A program made the position numbers and the translations under genes. Below the pieces are notes generated by a model. That model worked only from the letters and a program-made list of their open reading frames with translations, made no database searches and had not been told where the DNA came from. A DNA stretch of 42,668 nucleotides from Octopus bimaculoides (lineage: Eukaryota), in the NCBI RefSeq assembly GCF_001194135.2, contig NC_068984.1, positions 82,630,246 through 82,672,913 on the forward strand, read 5' to 3'. This document shows, one piece after another, positions 35,198 through 42,668 of the stretch. The stretch's first letter is position 1, and each line of letters opens with the position of its first letter.

Positions 35198-35265
35198 GGC
35201 ATAACTACAGGGTTTTACCCCCCAGACCTTCCAAAGTCTGTGGGGTACAATTCTGTAGTTATGCC
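35198..35265. mobile_element. 68-bp palindromic MITE-like insertion with a 9-bp target-site duplication
   Basis: 13-bp perfect TIR GGCATAACTACAG/CTGTAGTTATGCC; CATAACGTG at 35189-35197 and 35266-35274. Confidence 0.7.
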
Positions 35266-36009
35266 CATAACGTGTCTACTTTTGGGTAACACGAGATATA
35301 GGAAAACGTGGGACCCAGAGTGGGGTCAAAGAGATCTGCCATGACCAAGGAATGATTATTTGTAAAATAAAAAGGCAATGAATAAAAAAGAGATAAATAG
35401 TTATGATGTAAAGAACAAGGAAAAAAGTAGATTACAATATCATCTTACTTGGACAAGGAAAGGAGCAACGGAAGCAATTCCTGAAGGAGCCGAGGTGACA
35501 GGTTTTAATAACGTTCTACAGAAGGACGACATTGTTACCTTGGCTGGTGGAAATGCGACTAGTTATGTCTAGCACATATTAGAGAAAGGAGATAAATGTG
35601 TGATCTAAGGGAGGTAACTCTAGTCGGCATATTTTTCAATAGCTTCATATGCTATATGAGAATCTAATGTTCCGAGGTTGAGTGAGAGAGAAAGTTTTTT
35701 TCCTTTTTGTATAATGCATCATTTTATTTGAGGCAGATCACCACCAATTTTCTCAGATTATTTATTTACTTATTTAAAAAATCTGTTTGGTTGTCTATGG
35801 ACATCAAAACGCCTTTATTTTCGTACGAACCAAGGTGATGTATTAGCAGAAAACACAAAGCTCTTGATGTTTTGCAACATAGTTTTCAGCCGTTACGTTC
35901 TTGGTTCAAATCTCACTGTGGTTGACTTTGCCTTTCATCCATTTAGAGTTGTTAAAATAAAACACATATGTTACTTAGTAGACCTGTGACCTAAGGCCTA
36001 CCAGTCGTA

Positions 36010-36376
36010 ACCATCCCGTTTTTTTTTTCCTCAGGGCACAAATCTTTGATTTCAATGATTGCTGTGCGTGACTGGCTTTGAACTCGTTGATCACCCTCAC
36101 TAATCTCCTGATTTGACCCCATGTGACTCTCAGGTGTTACTAAACATGAAAAAACACTTGACTGGCATCGCAGTGATGATGACGTCATATCTGTTGTTGA
36201 TGACTTTTTTCATCAGCTGGATGGAAGTTTCTTCACCAATGGGATCCAAGCACTGCAGCATCAATGTAAGAAATGTGCGGACCGCAACAGGGACTATGTT
36301 GAAAAATAAACATCATTTGGTGACATTCCATGAGAGAATCTTAGTCAGCCTATAAACCTTTTAGCCGAGCCCCATA
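36010..36376 (+). mobile_element. Mariner 3' remnant with TIR
   Basis: GFELVDHPH*SPDLTPCD...NMKKHL...GIQALQHQCKKC...DYVEK-stop; TIR GCCTATAAACCTTTTAGCCGAGCCCCATA. Confidence 0.85.
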
Positions 36377-36849
36377 CAAATTGAAATGGTTCGTGGATTG
36401 ACAAAATCGTTTGAGTGTCTGCTTTGCAGAATTTGGTCTTGACCCTTTAATATTTCAGTTCACAAAAACAGTCAAGCTTCAACTTTATCTTTTATCCTTC
36501 TGAATAGTTATAATGAACGCATGATATGCGTCGCCGAGTTTAACATTGGAGCTCAGTCTATTGCAAGCATTTGGGCCTGGTCTCTGACTTGACAATAACT
36601 TGCTTCTTCCTCAAACCTACCTCGGAGGCCTTGAAAAATACTATGGGTGCTGTGTTTTCTCCTCGAACGGGACAACAAAAACAAATTAATACAACCTTTC
36701 TAGATGATATTCCAGTAGTTAGGCTCTGGAGATGTTGGATTTAGAAAAGTTATGCAAAGAAATAGCAAGCAGTGCAGTGACAGTAGCAGAGGTGATGGCA
36801 CCCGCATCAACAAATGGAAAAGTAGATAAGATTGAACCAGATAAAAAAA

Positions 36850-38215
36850 AAAAAAAGGACAGTTAGAACGCAGAATAAAAAGAGCCGAAGAGTATACAAT
36901 ATTAGTCTATTAAAGAAAAAATAGGGAAACCATAAAGACAACAAACTAATACAGACATGGTAAACACACACACATGATGGTTGTAAAGCTGGAGAGCGGA
37001 AAAGGCCCAAGAAAAAAGAAGAAAGAGCGAAAGTAGAATGTCCGGAATGAGAAAAAAAATGGGGATTTAGAGCAGTATGTTATTAAAGATATGCTCAAAC
37101 TTTTATCAGGAGCTATATAGTTCGATAGTAAACTATCAAATGGTAAATGATATATCACTCAGCAAAAGAAGAGTTGAAATAATAAAGCTCCGGGCAGAAA
37201 ATGAAATTACAACAAATTTCAATAATAAAGATTATAACAAAACTGTTTAACAGGATCCTAACAGTAAGGAAAATCCATGGTTTATGGAATAAAGCTAAGC
37301 TTCATACTGATACATAAAAAGGGAAATTGGAAAAAGCATAAAATATTGTAGGCTAATCAGTTTATTATCCCAGTTGCACAAGATTTGACATCAGAATCGT
37401 ACAAAACAGAATAGAAAGAGATTTAGAAGAAAATTAAGCAAGGGAAGAGGTAGGCTTTGGAAAGAAATTCTCTGCAACATTATTTTCGATCAATAAATGA
37501 AGTAAAAGTAAAGGCAAATGAATATCAGCAAGACATTAGAAGAGACTACATAGACTATGCAAATATCTTCGACTCAATAAGAGCGTAAGGCCTTTCTGGA
37601 AACCGTTATTACAATAGGCATAAACAAACTCTACTCCGACATCATAGAAACATTTACCAGTCCGCTACAGCTAAGATACATCTGGATAAAAACTGTTCAG
37701 AAGCAATAACCATACAAGAAATTTAGAAATGGACAGGCCAAGATTGTTTGTGGTGGGATAAAACATATATTGTCAAATAAATGGCTATCACTAAGTGAGG
37801 AAAAGAGTCCTAGAGGAAAAGAGAACCCATCTAGTTGTGTGAGCTGGAATATCAACAAACCATTGCGAAAGCTTGTCATTGCTGTAAAGATATGGTTGTT
37901 TAAATGCATCATAAAGGTGTCCTATGAGTATTTGAGTGATAAACGTTGGAATCTTCAGACAGCCAAACCCCTCTCCACCGGAAAGCTTCTTAACTACATC
38001 AGTATACAAAATACTCGGTTCATTGGATCCTATATAAAAAGAAAAAAAAAACATTGAGCACTTGGGGACTACTGGGAATCTGGAAGAAAGAATAAAGTAG
38101 GGAAGATAGAAAAGACACTCGATGACTGTACTAGGTGACTTTACCGAGAGAGGAGGGCGTGGAGTTCTCTGATCGCTAACATCTGTTGGCATGGCACATG
38201 ATGATGATGATAATG
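36850..38215 (+). mobile_element. Decayed RTE-clade LINE with internal deletions (different family from 1-279)
   Basis: Broken frames FYQELYSS, NKAP, YIDYANIFDSI, EHLGTTGNLEG and RAWSSLIANICWHGT-stop, then a (TGA)n tail. Confidence 0.7.
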
Positions 38216-38307
38216 GAGAAGGTGGTGGTGGTGGTGGTGGTGGTGGAGGAGGAGGAGGAGGAGGAGAAGAAGAAGAAGACGAAGAAGAAGAAGACGAAGA
38301 AGAAGAA
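38199..38307. repeat. Compound trinucleotide tract (TGA)n-(GGT)n-(GGA)n-(GAA/GAC)n
   Basis: Directly visible. Confidence 0.95.
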
Positions 38308-38389
38308 ACTTACTTGCAATTCAAGGAGTCAGCCTTGTCACACAGCTTGTCCTACAAATTCTACCCGAGGCTTACATGAAGGGTACAAG

Positions 38390-39630
38390 TGTCTACATCA
38401 ACAGTGATGTAGACCGCCTCTACCTAAAACGAAAACAAGGCGGCAGAAGCTTAACATCAATCCAAAATGCCTTTGAATGTCGTATCATATCCCTTCGGCA
38501 ACATCTTTTAACCACCAAATGTCGAAGTGAATCTCTTGACCAAGTTTGCATACATGAGACTGACAATATGAGACTTGGAAGGCAGCTCCTTGAGCAGCAT
38601 TTCTTGTATGATAACCGTAATTACGTGCCCAAAGAAGTTGCACGACTTCACTGCAACATATCATCAGATGAAAGGATGAGCGTACATAAGCAGAAGACCA
38701 TGCATGGATATGTTAGTAGAAAGCTCCGAGATGATAGTAACATTGATCATCAAAGCAGTCTTTCTTGGACTAACAACCGGATTACTACCTCCCACTTTGA
38801 TGGGTATGCGTTTGCAATCCATGATCAAGAAATATCAATCAAATAATTGATGCACAAAAGGGACAGAGATGCAGGAAAAGCAGTAAAATGTGATAACCGA
38901 TGCAGACTTTGTGAAGTTAACACCGAAGATATCACCCACATCATAAGCAGTTGTCCAAAAATGTCATCGCGGTATTATCTACCGATGCGACATGATGTTG
39001 CTGGTAAGACACTGTATAACGAGATCCGTCAAAAGGATAACCCAAAGGACAAAGAAATAAGAACCCACAGTATGGTGGAAGCCATAGCTACTCATAAAAA
39101 GGAGTACTGGCGGAATGTCCCAGTGAAAACCTTAATAAAAAGTAAACACAATAGACCTGATATAATGATTTTGGACAGTGAAGAGAAACTGTGTACAGTT
39201 GTGGAAATCAGCTGCCCACCACATGTTAGCATAAAACTGAAGATCAGTAAAAAAAAGAATACCTATACTGAACTATTGAGAAATTTGCAGTTACTCTATC
39301 CAGATTACAAGTTCAGGTTTATACCTGTAATTATTGGAGTCCTGGGACATGTAATACAATGCCTAAACAACAATCTTGAGAAATTAGGCTTCTCAAAACC
39401 AGAAAGGAGAAAGCTAATTCGAAGACTACAGTTCCAATTCATCACTGGTACTGTAAAAATCTGTAAAAATTACCAGAAGTTTACCCTTTAAGAATATATG
39501 AGCATATCTACATATGCAAGTATATGCATGAAAAGACATAAATGAAACAAAACATACAAATCTGCATATATACATATATACATACATTACATACATTACA
39601 TTCATATACACACTAACATAAAAATGTATG
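38390..39630 (+). mobile_element. 5'-truncated R4/Dong-like non-LTR retrotransposon (restriction-like endonuclease class); ORF broken by one in-frame stop
   Basis: DVDRLYLKRKQGGRSL, CRLC...HIISSC zinc knuckle, RHD, RPDIMI...VVEISCP and a downstream K..Y endonuclease motif; ORFs 38376..38846 and 38847..39491 are in the same frame. Confidence 0.88.
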
Positions 39631-39638
39631 TGCGAATG

Positions 39639-39697
<59 letters not shown>

Positions 39698-39745
39698 GTC
39701 TTTCTGTCTGTCTGTCTGTCTGTCCGTCCGTCCGTCCGTCCGTCC

Positions 39746-39783
<38 letters not shown>

Positions 39784-39876
39784 ATAAATGTATATATAGA
39801 TAACAGATAAATATACATACATTATATATATATATATATATATGCTCAAACACACATACATATATGCATGTAAGTG

Positions 39877-39908
<32 letters not shown>

Positions 39909-40310
39909 TGTATGTATGTATATATGCATGTGTATATATAGAGATATACTGTGAGTTGTTGTTTGCCTTTTGTGTATAGAGGCGTATATAGCCCTAAACG
40001 TGCTTTTGAGTATGCATGGTTGTGTTTATGTCTGTGTTTTGTCTTGCAGTAAAATATAACGAGTAGCTGCTGTCATTGATATTTTTGTCTGGTGTGTTTG
40101 TGCTTGAATGTACTTGTGTGTGTGTGCATGTGTGTGTGTATGTGTGTGTGTATGTGTGTGTATATGTGTGTGTGTGTGTGTATGTATGTGTGTGTGTATG
40201 TGTGTGTATGTGTGTGTGTATGTGTGTGTGTATGTGTGTGTATGTGTGTGTGTATGTGTGTGTATGTATGTGTGTATGTGTGTGTGTATGTGCGCGCGCG
40301 TACATGTGTG
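39639..40310. repeat. Compound microsatellite block: (TCTA)n-(TCTG)n-(TCCG)n-(TCTG)n, (TA)n, (TATG)n and a degenerate (GT)n
   Basis: Directly visible. Confidence 0.95.
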
Positions 40311-40837
40311 AGTGTGTGCTGTTTCAATTCAGAAATACATATTTAAAAATAGTTGTTCCTCAACTTCATTGAATAACAGTTCTGTTCGCTATGACAAAAT
40401 TATCGTCTGCACAGTAAATTTGTCGAAGATATTTCCAGATAGTGAGAAAGAAAATGTTGCCGCAGAAGACGAAAGAGAAAAGAAATTAAGAATTAGAAAG
40501 AGAAAGAGAGTAAGAAATTGTATGAGGAACTGAAGGACTGTGTACTTTTAGCAACATCTCTCTATTCCAAGTGTAGTTCTTATATCGATCACATTTAGTC
40601 ACTGTCATACCATTTACGTTATGCTCTTTAGTTTCACCTAATGTGTTCTAACTTGTCGATTTTTTTTTACTGTAAATTTATGTATACTTTTATTAATTTT
40701 CTTAATAGTTTGCATAAGTTCTAGAGTTGTGTACTTGTTTGGCAAGATTATTTTTCGGTGACATAGCGTAGGGTGCTGTTGAGTGTGCCTACTGCATAGG
40801 GTGATCACTTTATATACGTTATGTTTATATACGTAGG

Positions 40838-41355
40838 TACGAGCGTCGGCTGAAAAGTTCATAGGCCGACGAAGACACCTCCAGGGAATGTGAGCAAATG
40901 AAGTTTATTTTTCAATACAACCCACTGGCAGTCCACACATTTCTTACATCGGTGTTGCAGTACTTGGATCCCATTAGTGAAGACGCTTTCATTCCGTTGG
41001 TCAAAGAAAGTCATCAACAGCAGATATCATGTCATCATCACTGCGATACTTCTTCCCAACAAAGTGTTTTTTTCATATTGGGGAACAGATGATTGTCAGA
41101 TGGGGCCAAGGCAGGTGAACAGGGAGGCTGATCGACGAGTTCAAAGCCACAGTCAAGCGCATCAGCCATTGAAACCAAGGGTTTGTGTATTGGTGCATTG
41201 TCCTGATGAAACAAGAATCTTTTCGTCAGTTTTTTCTGAGTGTCTGGCCTTGATAGCTTTTCCTAACTGTCTCACTAAGTTGGCATAGTACTCTTCATTG
41301 ATAGAGTGGCCCTTTTCAAGATAGTAATTACATACAGTACTCTTTGCATCCCAAG
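40838..41355 (-). mobile_element. Mariner 3' remnant with TIR, same family as 36010-36376
   Basis: TIR TACGAGCGTCGGCTGAAAAGTTCATAGGC; minus frames YLEKGHSINEEYYANL, HQDNAPIHK and GFELVDQPPCSPALAPSDNHLFPNMKK. Confidence 0.9.
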
Positions 41356-41399
41356 AAAGAACCAATAACAGAACTTCAAAAACAAGAATATTCATCAGA

Positions 41400-42668
41400 C
41401 TGTAGACGAAATGTCTCCATCAATTTCACTGTTGTGAACAAGTGTAACAGTGAATTGATGAATTTTGTAAGTCAAAACAAAAACAAAATAAAGACAGAAT
41501 TTGAGGACAGACCTTCAATTAAAACGTCGTCAGACGTTTATAAAAATATTATAGAAAAATTCTCAGGTAGTGTGAGGATTTTAATAAAATCTGTTGATAA
41601 AAGGCTGTTGGAAGGGCCTTTAAAAAAAATTTTCGCCATTAGAGAAGCCCGGAACTTCCGAGCTTCTCGAAAATCAAGGTGAGTAACCTCCTCCTTTTCT
41701 TTCTCTGATTCGCATGGCTGTGCTGAGAATGGGGTGTGTGAATGTGCATGGCTTGGAAGCAGGGTCACTTGCTCAATAATCTCAGGTCACTTTATTTTGG
41801 ACGCGGCTGCCATTAGTGAAACAAGGATCTCCGGAAAACACGCTCTAGCATCTATTTTCGAGGACTACGAGATATTCTCATCTTGTGGTCTGTCGGGAGC
41901 GGGTGGCGGTCTAGCAGTGTTACTCTGGAAATCCTTAAATCTCCAAGTACGGGTTATCTTCCTGGACCCGGATGGTAGGGTGGTGATCCTGTGGCGCCTT
42001 TAGACTGGTGGCGGTTTATGCCCCAACAGAGGCTGGAAGGCCAAATTTCTTCAGGTGTCTGGAAACATTCTTGGGAACGTCTCCACACTTAGTACTAGGG
42101 GGACTGGAATAGTATTTTGGGCGCACAGAAGGATTGAATGGGTTTAGTACATAGTAGACGTGGGTGTAAAAGCCTCGAAAACCTGCTCAGGACTTTCCAG
42201 CTTTCTTACAGGTACCGATGGATTTCCCTGATGTGCCAGTGTGGCATGGAGCGACCACAGCGGGACATCCTGATCGTCTTTAGATAGAGTATTTGTTAGA
42301 TCAGAGGATAGGGATACTATAGGTTGTCCACAATTTAAATTGGTCAGCTGCACAGATCACAAATTTGTGATATGCTCAGTCGATTTAGATAGGACCCGTA
42401 GACAGGGACCCGGTTACTGGAAGTTGAATGCGTTATTACTGGCTCGCAAAGACTACAGGGACTGGATTAGCGAACTAGTTAAGCGGCAGTTGACGGTAAC
42501 TATCGTCAACAACCGGTATTGGATCGCTCTGAAGAGAGCGATTAGAATAGAATCGATAGTGTTTTGCAAAGATTTAGCAATAGAAAGAAATAGATTAGAG
42601 GGAGAACTAGTTAGCAAACTAGAAGAGGCTATTAGTAAAGGAATCGTGACCGACGTGTTAGCGGCGAG
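41400..42668 (+). mobile_element. Tx1/L1-clade LINE: possible ORF1 tail plus frameshifted APE endonuclease domain of ORF2; continues past the window
   Basis: NVHGL, ISETR, GGGLAVLL, RLVAVYAP, GDWNSIL, LDRVFV, TDHKFV and GPGYWKLNALLL motifs spread across frames. Left boundary uncertain. Confidence 0.85.

Noticed and set aside
35378-35572. 64-aa + ORF upstream of MRPL50 as a head-to-head gene
   Set aside because: No recognisable homology, no supporting splice structure, and a length expected by chance.
38186-38407. Poly-G/E/D and poly-V/E/K ORFs
   Set aside because: Translations of the trinucleotide tract.
39994-40372. His/Thr- and Cys/Val-rich ORFs resembling metal-binding peptides
   Set aside because: Translations of degenerate (GT)n/(CA)n microsatellite.
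36376-40838. Composite mariner transposon carrying the LINE fragments as cargo
   Set aside because: The two TIRs point inward (both are 3' ends facing each other), the wrong geometry to mobilise the interval as cargo.
1-42668. CRISPR arrays, rRNA or bona fide tRNA genes
   Set aside because: No regularly spaced repeat-spacer units or rRNA-like sequence seen; the tRNA-like A/B boxes all belong to SINE heads.

Overview
Eukaryotic, AT-rich, repeat-dense genomic DNA with four N-gaps. The repeat content (an abundant RTE-clade LINE, tRNA-derived SINEs, long compound microsatellites) suggests a cephalopod, most likely Octopus; this is an inference. Two convergent genes encoding mitochondrial proteins can be reconstructed by hand from GT-AG splice sites with consistent phases. 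(1) ADHFE1 (hydroxyacid-oxoacid transhydrogenase) on the + strand: 13 coding exons from 2748 to the stop at 25949, with exon 1 not found and probably upstream. (2) MRPL50 on the - strand: three firm exons (33340-33216, 30863-30728, 27584-27267) and a tentative first exon at 34644-34603. The rest is intronic or intergenic and filled with decayed mobile elements: mariners, a hAT remnant, RTE fragments, SINEs, an R4/Dong-like RLE retrotransposon 3' portion and a Tx1/L1-like element running off the right end. I found no clearly new biological system. The best leads are a CpG-rich island inside ADHFE1 intron 9, a high-identity inverted retroelement pair flanking exon 12, a long intronic hairpin, a 68-bp MITE-like palindrome with a 9-bp target-site duplication, and the nearly intact R4/Dong-like ORF. 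Exon and intron numbers assume one missing upstream exon and follow the recalled human structure.
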